A stretch of 64,000 nucleotides of DNA from Anolis carolinensis (Eukaryota), in NCBI RefSeq assembly GCF_035594765.1, contig NC_085842.1, forward strand, positions 218,747,747 through 218,811,746, written 5' to 3'. Shown here piece by piece: positions 12,268-23,945 of this stretch. Position numbers and translations under genes: made by a program. The stretch's first letter is position 1. Each line of letters starts with the position of its first letter. A model generated the notes under the pieces. That model ran no database searches. It was not told the origin of the DNA and saw only the letters and a program-made list of their open reading frames with translations.

Positions 12268-12600
12268 AGGTAAAAGGTAAAGGTTTCCCCTGACATTAAG
12301 TCCAGTCATGTCTGACTCTGGGGGTTGGTGCTCAGCTCCATTTCTAAGCCAAAGAGCTGGCGTTGTCCGTAGACACCTCCAAGGTCATGTGGCCGGCATG
12401 ACTGCATGGAGCGCCGTTACCTTCCCGCTGGAGCGGTACCTATTGATCCACTCACATTGGCATGTTTTCGAACTGCTAGGTTGGCAGAAGCTGGAACTAA
12501 CAGCGGCTGCTCATGCCGCTCCCGGGGTTTGAACCTGGGACCTTTCGGTCTGCAAGTTCAGCAGCTCAGTGCTTTAACCCACTTCGCCACCGAGGCAAAG
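12268..12600 (-). mobile_element. Sauria SINE, full length
   Basis: (ACCTTT)n tail on the minus strand; tRNA-like head; 13-bp TSD TAGTTAGTTGTTA (12255-12267 and 12602-12614). A partial copy lies at 6478-6690. Confidence 0.9.
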
Positions 12601-14049
12601 TTAGTTAGTTGTTATTACTTGTTTATTGCAAAGGAGTTGATTTGCCATTTTGAGTTCAAAGTAATGACAATTCTAAAAATGTTGACTATAATTTGTATTG
12701 AAAAGACTGAAGGACATTCAGCACATCAGGTGATGACACTTTCATTTTCAAACCATATGTTTTCTGACTTTTTAATAGGGCTGAGTAGTTTTAAAGCTAC
12801 TCAAGGGATCAGCATGAACTTAAATCCTTCATGCTAAATCTCTGATGAGTTTTCAATCCCCTTTAAATCAGATTTATAAGGGGAATCTTAAATTGTAGTC
12901 CTAAACATGCTTTTTTAGGAGAAAGCCCTGTTGAATATAGTGGGGCTTATATCTTATCAAACATGTATAGATGGTGAGGTTTGTTCTTTAAATTCTCAAT
13001 GTCAGTTTTCCAATGACAGCTGTCTCTCTTGTTTTGTGATTGCTGTTGCTTTGTTATTTGGGCCCATACAAATTGTGTAACCACATATTACTGTAGCTAT
13101 GTGAAATCTGTGGGTTGCGATTAGTCTTAATTGAATTACCGAGTTAATTTTTGTTGAACTCTAAATTGAATAACAGACTGTGAAACTGCACCTTTAAAGC
13201 TCTGGATCTATTAAAAATGTTGCTTGCTTCCTTCTCTTACTGTTGTAGTGCACCATCCACATTTGAGAGTGCATTTTCTGTGGAATGAATTCAGTTCGAA
13301 ACCACTTGAACTGCCATGGCTTAATGCTTTGGAATTCTGAGGTTTGTAGTTTTACAAGATCTTTAGTTTTCTGTGGTGCTTCAAGCTACATGTCCCAGGA
13401 TTGTATAGCGTTGGGCAATGGCAGTTATAGTGGTGTCGAACTGCAATAAATTTCCTTGAGCCATGAGGAGAGGCGGGCAAGAAATAAAATTTTGTTGTTG
13501 TTGTTGTTATTAATCTATAGTTCAGATGCACCCAGTGTTTCTCTGAATGTTTCAGCATCTTCCACTTTGTCCTCACCAATCCCTTTCCAATGACCTTTGT
13601 ACATGTTATGCCCCTAGAATTGGCAGGAACAAATAATTCAGAACAGCAAGTTCAAGATCATCCTGGGAATCTCTCAATTTTGCTTACTTTCTTGACCTCT
13701 GTTACTAATAATAGAGTCCCTTTAGCTAGTAACAGAGACAGTTGAGCTTATAATGGGTCTCCCTGGTACACAAAATTCTTCGTAGTTCCTTCTAAATGAT
13801 TATTTTCCCATATTGAAAGGAGTATTCAGATCTTATATTTAACATGCCTGATCTTAGCTATCAAGGTACCTGGACATAGCAGCGTTGCTTATTGCTTCTG
13901 GGCTTTTTCAAAGTGCAGGTTGAAATTGGAGATCGCTTGGCCTACTTTTACTTTGAACTGGGTCCAAAGTTTGCTAGAATTCAAAACAGCTTTGTTGCTT
14001 GTAAGTATACTTTATGAACATTTATTACAGATGTAGTCTGTAATAGACT

Positions 14050-16276
14050 CTTGATCTAATCTTAACAAATGTGGAAGACCTGATCAATACAGTTAAAGTG
14101 GTTGGATCCTTAGGGGCAAGTGACCATGTGCTCCTGCAGTTTGCAATACAAAGGAATGCTGAAACTAAGACAAGTCAAACACGCATTCTGGACTTTAAGA
14201 GAGCTGACTTCCAAAAAATGAAGGAATTACTGAGTGGCATTCTATGGACACCAATATTAAAAAACAAGGGAGTTAAGGATGGATGGGAGTTTTTCAAAAG
14301 TAAAATACTCAAGGCGCAAATGCAAACAGTGCCAACAAAGAAGAAAAATAAGACAAGTGCAAAGAAGCCAGAATGGATGTCCAAAGAACTTCTAACTGAG
14401 CTAAAACTCAAAAGTGACATGCACAAGAAGTGGAAAAGGGGAGAAATCACCAAAGAAGAATTCAAACGTATAGGGAAAAGGTTCGCAAGGCTAAAGCGCA
14501 AAATGAGCTCAGGCTTGCCAGGGACATAAAAAACAACAAAAAAGGCTTTTTTGCTTACGTTGGTAGAAAAAGGAAGAACAAGGAGGTGATAGGGCCACTG
14601 CAAGGAGAAGATGGGGTGATGGCGACAGGGGATAGGGAAAAGGCAGAACTGCTTAATGCCTTCTTTGCCTCGATCTTCTCACAAAAAGAAAGCCATCTTC
14701 AACCTCAGCAACATGGAATGGACGAAGGATTGGGGGGAAATCCAACCCCAAATAGGGAAACAAGTTGTCCAGGAACACCTGGCCGCTCTAAATGAATTCA
14801 AGTCCCCAGGGCCAGATCAGCTACATCCAAGAGTATTGAAGGAACTAGCGGAAGTTATTTCAGAACCACTGGCAATTATCTTCGAGAGTTCTTGGAGAAC
14901 GGGAGAAGTCCCAGCAGATTGGAGGAGGGCGAATGTGGTCCCTATCTTCAAGAACGGAAAAAAGAACGACCCAAACAATTACCGTCCGGTCAGCCTCACA
15001 TCGATACCAGGCAAGATTCTGGAAAAGATCATTAAAGAAGTAGTCTGCGAACACTTAGAAACAAATGCGGTCATTGCTAATAGTCAACACGGATTTACCA
15101 AAAAAAAGTCATGCCAGACTAATCTGATCTCTGTTTTCGATAGAGTTACGAGTTGGGTCGATACAGGGAATGCCGTGATGTAGCGTACCTGGATTTCAGT
15201 AAGGCCTTCGACAAAGTCCCCCACGACCTTCTGGCAAACAAACTAGTAAAATGTGGGCTAGACAAAACTACGGTTAGGTGGGTCTGTAATTGGCTAAGCG
15301 AACAAACCCAAAGGGTGCTCACCAATGCGTCGTCTTCATCATGGAAAGAAGTGACAAGTGGAGTGCCGCAGGGCTCCGTCCTGGGCCCAGTTCTGTTCAA
15401 CATCTTTATTAACGACTTAGACGAAGGGTTAGAAGGCACGATCATCAAGTTTGCAGACGACACCAAACTGGGAGGGATAGCTAACACTCCAGAAGACAGG
15501 AGCAGAATTCAAAATGATCTTGACAGACAAGAGAGATGGGCCGAAACTAACAAAATGAAGTTCAACAGGGACAAATGCAAGATACTTCACTTCAGCAGAA
15601 AAAATGGAAATCAAAGATACAGAATGGGGGACGCCTGGCTTGACAGCAGTGTGTGCAAAAAAGACCTTGGAGTCCTCGTGGACAACAAGTTAAACATGAG
15701 CCAACAATGTGATGCGGCAGCTAAAAAAGCCAGTGGAACCCCTTCTTTGGAGGCTTTTAAGCAGAGGCTGGATGGCCATCTGTCGGGGGTGCTTTGAATG
15801 TGATTTCCTGCTTCTTAGCGGGGGATTGGACTGGATGGCCCATGAGGACTGCCGAACAGCCCTCACAGTCAGGAAGTTCTTCCTGATGTTCAGGTGGAAT
15901 CTCCTTTCCTGTAGTTTGAAGCAATTGTTCCGCGTCCTAGTCTGCAGGGCAGCAGAAAACAAGCTTGATCCCTCCTCCCTATGACTTCCCCTCACATATT
16001 TGTACATGGCTATCATGTCTCCTCTTAGCCTCTCTTCTGCAGGCTAAACATGCCCAGTTCTTTAAGCCTCTCCTCATAGGGCTTGTTCTCCAGACCTTTG
16101 ATCATTTTAGTTGCCCTCCTCTGGACACATTCCAGCTTGTCAACATCTCCCTTCAACTGCGGTGCCCAGAATTGGACACAGTATTCCAGGTGTGGTCTGA
16201 CCAAGGTAGAATAGATGGGTAGCATGACTTCCCTGGATTTAGACGCTATAGCCCTATTGATGCAGGCCAAAATCCC
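14050..16276 (+). mobile_element. Young 5'-truncated CR1 LINE (end of endonuclease plus RT), frameshifted and rearranged at its 3' end
   Basis: LGASDH, KSPGPD, NYRPVSLTS, YLDFSKAFDKV, GVPQGSVLGP, KFADDTKL; the segment 15848-16276 is inverted. Confidence 0.95.
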
Positions 16277-16639
16277 AATAATATCTGAATGTCAACTTTC
16301 TTGTGACTTTCTCAAAAATTTTAAATTGATTTTTTCTTGGAATTGCCTAAGTTATGTTCTGTTACCAAATAAAATGCCTCCAAAAGCCAACTACAAATGC
16401 ATTTATGAATAGCTTTCGTTCTTTTAAAGAGCAAGTAATCCCTCTGACCTGTGTATTAGCTTGCTCATCTGAATACCTGTTATAAAAACTAAGGTCAAGG
16501 AAATGAATCCACCTCTCCCTTATATAGAATTCAGGGAAGGAAAGCAGGGTTCTTTTTCCTAGGCTGAAGCAAAGATGAAAAGAACAACAAAATGGTGTGC
16601 TTTAAATGTATGTCTGCTGCTCCATCATTCCCCATGTAG

Positions 16640-17910
16640 TTTGGATACCAAGAGGAGGAACAGTATTTTTTACCTGGACCAGAAAGCACTATTCCTGTAG
16701 CCTAGGAAAACTGGCCTGTGAAAAAAAATTAAAAGAAGGTGGAAGGTACAATTTCATAATTGGCGTCCTGAAATCTTTTACTGTTGACAAATTTTACGTG
16801 AGCTTAGGGGACTCCATTTGGGGTTGGAACTCACCGTTTAAGAAGCAGTGCATTAGAGGATGAGCGAGCAAAGCTACTAATATTTCGGGCAATGTTTACC
16901 AAGGTTCCCCATGACATTCTCACAAAGAAGCTAATAAAATGTGAGCTACACCATACTGCTGTTAGGCGGACTGGGAATTGCTTAACTGGCCAAACCCAAA
17001 GGGTGCTCACCTGTGGCTCCTCTTTATCCTTGAGAGAAGTGACCAGTGGGATGCCACAGAGTGGGATATCCAGTGCTATTCAACATATTTTATCAATGAT
17101 TTGGAATGAAGATCTAGAAGGCATGCTTACCAGGTTTGCAGATGACACCAAATTGGGAAGAATAACTAATATGCCAGAGAACAAGATCAGAATACAAAAT
17201 AACCAAGATTAGAGACCTAAGCCCAAACTAACAATGAATTTCAATAGGGCAGTGGTTCTTAACCTGTGGGTCGCCAATGTTTTGGCCTTCAACTCCCAGA
17301 AATCCTAACAGCTGGTAAACTGGCTGGGATTTCTAGGAGTTGTAGGCCAGAACACCCACAGATAGAGAATCATTGCAGTAGGGAGAAATGTATGGTACTA
17401 CACTTTGGCAATAAAAAGGAAATGCATGTATATAGGATGGGTGACATCTGGCTTGAAAACAGCCCATGTGAAAGGGACCAAGGAATCTTAGTAAAACACA
17501 AACTGAACATGATTCAACAGTGTTGTGCAGCATATGAAAAGCCAATGTAATTCTAGGCTGTAGCAACAGGAGCATAGTGTCTAGGATGTCCTAATCCCAC
17601 TCTATTCTGCTTTGGTCGGACCTCACCTGGAGAACTGTGTCCAGTTCTGGGCACCATAATTCAAGAAGGATATTGACGAGGTGGAATGTGTCCAGAGAAA
17701 GGCAACTAATATGATCATAGGTTTGAAAATGGAGTGGCTTAGGGAGCTGGGTATGCTTAGTTTGGAGAATAGAAAACTGAGAGGGTACATGACAGCCACG
17801 TTTAAGTATTTGAAAGGATGTCACATTAGTGAGAACTTCTCAGTGGAAAAGGCTATTTGGCAGTGGAATATGATATGCAGAAGAGTACTTCCTCTGATAT
17901 TAGAGGAAAT
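16640..17910 (+). mobile_element. Older degenerate CR1 with a hAT MITE inserted at ~17250-17377
   Basis: FTKVPHDIL...RFADDTKLG...ECVQRKATNMI, with stops and frameshifts. Confidence 0.85.
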
Positions 17911-18489
17911 AAAGTAGTTCGCAACCATTGAGAGCCTCATCATCCATGAAGCTGTCAAAACCGGGGCCATCAATACATCTTACAGTAGTAAATTCTACAT
18001 GTAACTGTGTTGGACTATACTTTGTATTGTTTTTAATTGGGTAAACAAGTGAATGTGCATCATATCTATGTTCTTGTGCAGCTAGACTTGCATAATCCTA
18101 TCTTTCCAGTATTATGTAAGGTTTTAGAATTTTAACTGATAGATTTCTTAAAGATCAGAGGTCTTTCATAAATCATACTTTTGTCAGGAAGGTAGTTCAT
18201 AGATTTAAAAAATCTTTAGCAATTGGAATTGTACTAATTGTTATAATCTTGGGGCATTTTTTCTGTTTAAAAGCTGTCAATACTTTAGAAATCTTTTGAA
18301 TTTTGTTATAAGTTTTGAGGTATTAAATATATTCACATTTTTCCTGTCATTTAAGTGGATTCAAATTAAATGAACTTCATGGGTTTCTTTTGAAATAGCA
18401 AGCTAAGGTCAACCCCCTTTTAACATTTCTGAAAAAGAAAATGTAAACTATTTGGAAAGTAATTATTTGATTGTTGACTGTCTCTATAG

Positions 18490-18745
18490 GGAAGAAGAGG
18501 AACGACTGAGAAATAAAATTCGTGCAGATCATGAAAAAGCTCTAGAAGAAGCAAAAGAGAAACTGCAGAAGTCACAGGTTGAGATACAAGCAGAAATTCA
18601 GACTGAGAAGAGCAAGATAGCAAAGAGCTTGAAGAATAAAAGCAACAAGCCTCTGCCACCAGTCCCGGTGCCAAATCTTATCGGGATAAACGATGGAGAC
18701 CCAGTGGACCCAAACATTCGAGAAAAAAGGGACAAAATTAAAGAG
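18490..18745 (+). CDS. MAN1A2: MAN1A2 exon 2 (stem, coiled coil)
   Basis: tag|G acceptor; EEEERLRNKIRADHEKALEEAKEKL...REKRDKIKE; donor GTAAC. Confidence 0.96.
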
Positions 18746-19354
18746 GTAACAGATAGAGTTATCTGATTATCATCCAGCAATATTTCCTAACAGCAGTGTC
18801 ATTTCTGTAAAGATCAGAAACAATGTATGTGACAACAAAATTTCTCCCCTGTGAATGGTCATGCTCCACATTGAGACCTCCCTTTGTATCTGGTTGTTAA
18901 TTCCCGTTGACAATTGCATTGTTTTGCCTTTGTTTATTGAAAAACTAAGAATATGTCCTCCTAAAAATAGCAAACTGGTACAAAATTCTGAAAAGCTTTC
19001 ACTATAATGACATAGTGAAAAGAAATATTCATTCTTTTTTTGCCAAAGCAAAGTATTAGTATCTCTCCATTATGACTCCTACAATTGGCTTGCATTTGTA
19101 GAAACATCACAAAAGGGTCTTTTAGATTGCCCAGAATAAGTTTGCCAATGTCTTGGCAGGCAGTGTTCTTTAAAAGATGAGGTTTTGTAGATTTTCAATA
19201 TATGCTGCTTCAAGATACATATTAATGACATCTTTATGCAACAAGCTATCATTTTCCTCCTTGAATATTTAGAGCAAAATAAGTGCCACATTTTCCTTTA
19301 TAAATTGTTCTTGCAAGTACAGTATAAATGTTTGCAATATTTGAGTATTTGTAT

Positions 19355-19535
19355 ATACATTCGATGTTGCCTGTAGACTCTTAGGCAAGAAATACTCAGA
19401 GGTGGTTCTGTCAGTTCCTTTCTCTAAAATATATCCTATATCACCTGGTATTCTTCGCAGTCTCCCATCCAAGTACTAACCTGATCCTGCTTAGTTTCCA
19501 ATGCCAGATAAGATCTGGTCCTTAGGGTATATAGG
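19355..19535 (-). mobile_element. 5S rRNA-derived SINE (5S-Sauria type)
   Basis: Minus strand has CTAAGCAGG..GGTTAGTACTTGGATGGGAGAC..GAATACCAGGTG (5S internal promoter region) followed by a non-5S body. Confidence 0.8.
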
Positions 19536-21555
19536 CTATACCAGCAGATCTCAAACTTTTTAAGCAAAGGGCCATTTCACAGTCCCTCAGACCGTTGGGG
19601 TCTATAGTTTCAAATAACACTATGCACACTGCACATATCTGTAAAACATGAACAAACAATTTTAACCAACATAAACTTACCAGTATTTTAATGAGAAGTG
19701 TGGGCCTGCATTTGTCTGATGAGATAGTCAAGTTAATTGGGATTGTTGTTGTTGTTGTTGTTGTTGTTGTGTGCCTTCAAGTTGCTTCAGACTTAGGTGA
19801 CCCTAAGTCTAAAGTTTAGGCCGGTGGCCAGGTAAATAGCCTGTGAGGACTGCATTTGGCCCATGGGCCTTTGTTTGGGGACTCCTGAGCTACACCATTT
19901 GCAAAATATGTTTCCAATTTTTGAAAATGATTAAATTAGTTAAGACATCTGAAATAGTAGTTGGAGAGACCATATTGCAAGCCACAGTACCTGTTTTACA
20001 TGATGGAGTGACTCCATACTCCTGTCTAAAGATGACCTCCCCAGTTTTGAAAATTTCTAGTTATGTGTGCTTGAGAGCAATAAATAAACTGCAGTTGACT
20101 GGAGACTTAAAGTAATTTTCAACCTAGCAGTTTCCCTTTTAAACAAGACTTTCCGGGGCATGCTTTTTAAAAGACAAAAGAAAGAAAAAAAGAAAAAATG
20201 CTATTTCCCTTTTTTTGAAAGACATAGGAATAGATGTGCTTTTCCATAACTGGAGTAGGAATCCTTTTAATGCTCTTGTATTGGCCATAGGAGCCATTAT
20301 TGACACCTTTTGGAATTCTAATCAACTTCGTGATGAATGCCAGCGAGCCCATTCATACTAAGTAACAGATCTCTGGGTTTATCCAAGATAAATTATAATA
20401 GAATGCTCCTGTAGGCTTTTTGACATTTGAGCCCATTTGATCAGGCTTGGTAGAAATGGTAATATTTTGTTCAATGTTAGAAATGCAAAATTAGCTATAA
20501 AATGTAGTAAGACAGAGAACGCAAACAGGGAACAAGGAGAAAGAGCTCTTTTTGGCAAGCCACTAGATGCTTAACAGTTCTAGAGAGTAAAAGAAACTAA
20601 CTGGTGCACCTCTGGGACTTACTTTTATGCAACTGTTCACAGGGTGTCACGAAGAATTTATCCTAAAGTTGACTTGTTATGAATATAGAGTTGGCCCTCC
20701 ACTTTGATGACTGCTACTTCCTTTGGGACTTGCAGGTCATTAAGACAAATACTGTCTCATGAGGACAATCCTCCATTCTTTTTTTTTAAATAACTGAAAG
20801 GTGTAAACTGCCAATTTTGGAGTTCCAAAACCAGCTTTTCTCTGTGAATTGCTTTTCCCATATTATGCCGAAGTGAGGAAGAACTTTCAATCCAGACCAT
20901 GCCCTCAAAGTCAGTTTTCTTGAGGGAAGCACAGCTTCGCCATTTTGAAAGTGAAAAAAGCGTGATTACCTTTAGGGTGAGGAAGGGGCAAGGAAAGATG
21001 TGGTCCTACCACTGCTGTCCCCAAGGGGAGTTTCACATAGTGGCTCTCCAGCCCTTTTCTCTACCTGCTCACTTATTCTCCCTACTATCTTCTCTTCTTG
21101 TTGCTGTGTATGTGTTTGTTTCTACCTGGAGTTTTATAGGGATTTACAAGCCTCATCTTGCATTCATGGTCTCCTTCAGACCTGCGAGTCCTGTAATTAT
21201 TATGAAAGTGACCTAGGGCAGCAACGGGTACGGTTACAAATGAATGTAATATAAATAAATGAAAACTATAGCTTGTGAAAATGGCTAGTAGCGTCACATT
21301 TGATTTGTGTGGTTTTTGTAAAAATATGAGCCAGAATCAGGCAGAAAGAAAAAAGCTATCCTGACATTGGGCTGTTTAACTTTATATATTTTGTAGTTCA
21401 TGATTCAGTTGCATTTAAAGGCCTGCAGACTTTCAAGACGGTTTTCACTTGAAGGACTGAAAAATCTGGAAATACATTAGAATTATTTTCTGAAGTGTTA
21501 CATTATTAATTTCTGTTAACCAAACTCAGTTTTTTTAAAAATTTATATTCTTTAG

Positions 21556-21690
<135 letters not shown>

Positions 21691-23033
21691 TAATATCTTT
21701 GCATCATTGGTAAAATGGACAGATATTGAAAAAAATAATTATCCACAGTTAAGCAACATTTTAATATGACGGGGCTAAACTGATTGTCTTTTTTGTACAT
21801 TCTGTGCATTCCTACATGTGAGGGAAACGATCTGCATAGTTGTGGGATCTTGCAGAAAGTATTGGCAAATACGGAAATATAATATCTTAAAAATAACTTT
21901 CATGCTATTATGAATATATTAAAATGACAAGAGAATAAATATATATGGATATTACATTTGATACAAAGTCACCAAAAAATAAGTATTCTGGATAATGCAT
22001 TGCTCTTTGGATGAGCTGAAATCTGTTTGGACTATTTTCAGTGCCTTCAATTTTTTATCTTTATGTAAACAAGGTAAAGGAAATATATTCTCCCTACAGT
22101 TCTAGGATAATATAACTGGAAGACCTGGCTTTTCTCCTAGCTGTATACAAGTGGGAACTATTGGCATCTTGCTGGCCTGGAAAAAGAGCCTTGTAGTGCT
22201 TTCAGGGTTCATAGTACAGTGGTAATAAAAAGGACAGCTATCAGACTCAGCAGTTTATACCTTATTGCTTCACATTATATGTGGGTGGAGCTATGATAGT
22301 GGTTGGAATTTCCTCCAAATGGTTTCCTCCTTTTTACCTAACAAAATGTATCTACATTTGAGCTTCAGCTCTGAAATTCTGTATTGATTTAAAAAGACTG
22401 ACTTCCTCATACCTCACTCCTTAAACATTGCAAAAGAGAATCTCAATATTCCATAGGTTTTGGAGTCATGCAGGTCATTTTTTAATATATTGTGTGTTCT
22501 ATTTTTTTTTCTTTTAATCTGTAAACAAATGTGTTCCTGTTGGGACCTGGACTCAAAGAAATTAATCAATTAAATAAGCTTCAGGATTTTCTCCCCACAT
22601 ATATTTAGAAATAATCATTGGAAGGAGGGGAGCCCTTGTTTGACCTGCCTTGATATAGGTAGACGATAATTCGTAAAATGTGCATCATTACAAGAAAAAT
22701 ATAGAATTCACTGGTGACAGGATTCCTTTGTTGAAAATAAGTAATATATCTATCTATCTATCTATCTCTAGCTCTCTATAATATATAACTCATCAGTTAG
22801 GATTAGGGAACCCAATGGCAGTCACTGAGGACAAAGTGTTTCCCAAAATCTGGGCTTAATTTCCCCATATAAGTGTAAATATTAAACATTCACATACATA
22901 TAAGAGAAAATCAACTTATGAATCAATATGGCATAGCAGTGTAACTGTTGGGTGAGGACTCTGTGGTATCAGCCATGGGAGGAACTTGAGCAAGACACAC
23001 AGACTCAGAAGGCAATAAGAAACCTTCTGAATA

Positions 23034-23356
23034 CAGTAGAGTCTCACTTATCCAACACTCGCTTATCTAACATTCTGGATTATCCAACGCATTTTTGTAG
23101 TCAATGTTTTCAATATATCGTGATATTTTGGTGCTAAATTCGTAAATATAGTAATTACTACATAGCATTACTGCGTATTGAACTACTTTTCCTGTCAAAT
23201 TTGTTGTATAACATGATGTTTTGGTGATTAATTTGTAAAATCATAACCTAATTTGATGTTTAATAGGCTTTTCCTTAATCTCTCCTTATTATCCAACATA
23301 TTCGCTTTTCCAACGTTCTGCCGGCCCGTTTATGTTGGATAAGTGAGACTCTACTG
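23034..23356. mobile_element. MITE family A copy (323 bp)
   Basis: Same TIRs and TA duplication; near-identical to 881..1203. Confidence 0.9.
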
Positions 23357-23945
23357 TATATGTGGCAAACAAACCCCCCATGAAACCAGGTGCTTTAGAT
23401 GTACCATGAGTCCAGAAATGACTTGAAGGCACATGGCAAAAGCAAACTAATCCCTTGAGCAGGCTATCCTAAACCCTATCCTCTCTTCATGATAACCACA
23501 GATTTAGAATCAGACCTGCACTTGTTTATTCAGTGGTGTCAAACTTGTAGCCCTCCAGATGTTTTGGATTTCAGCTCCCAGAATTCCTGGCCTTAGAACA
23601 AGCTGGCTATGACTTTTGGAGTTTGAGTCCCAAACATTTGGAGGGCCACAAGTTTGACACCTCTGTTTTATGTACACTGACATCCAGCTGTATTGCTCAT
23701 GGCTTCTGTTTCTTAATTATGTTAAAATGACTGGAAATGGTATATACAGATGGTTGAATGATGAACTGTGCATTCTAATGGCGAAATTCCACATTAATGT
23801 TGACAGCACAACATTTTCCTCACCAAATCATAGAATCATAGAATGAATGAAGTTTAATGGACTTATATTTAATCACCCTTGGTTATTGATTGCTGAGCAC
23901 AGATTGTTTCTATGTGAGGCAGTTTTTCTTCAGAGTTAGTAGTTT

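Noticed and set aside
19441-19520. 5S rRNA gene
   Set aside because: It is diverged, has an internal deletion and is joined to a SINE body, so it is a 5S-derived SINE.
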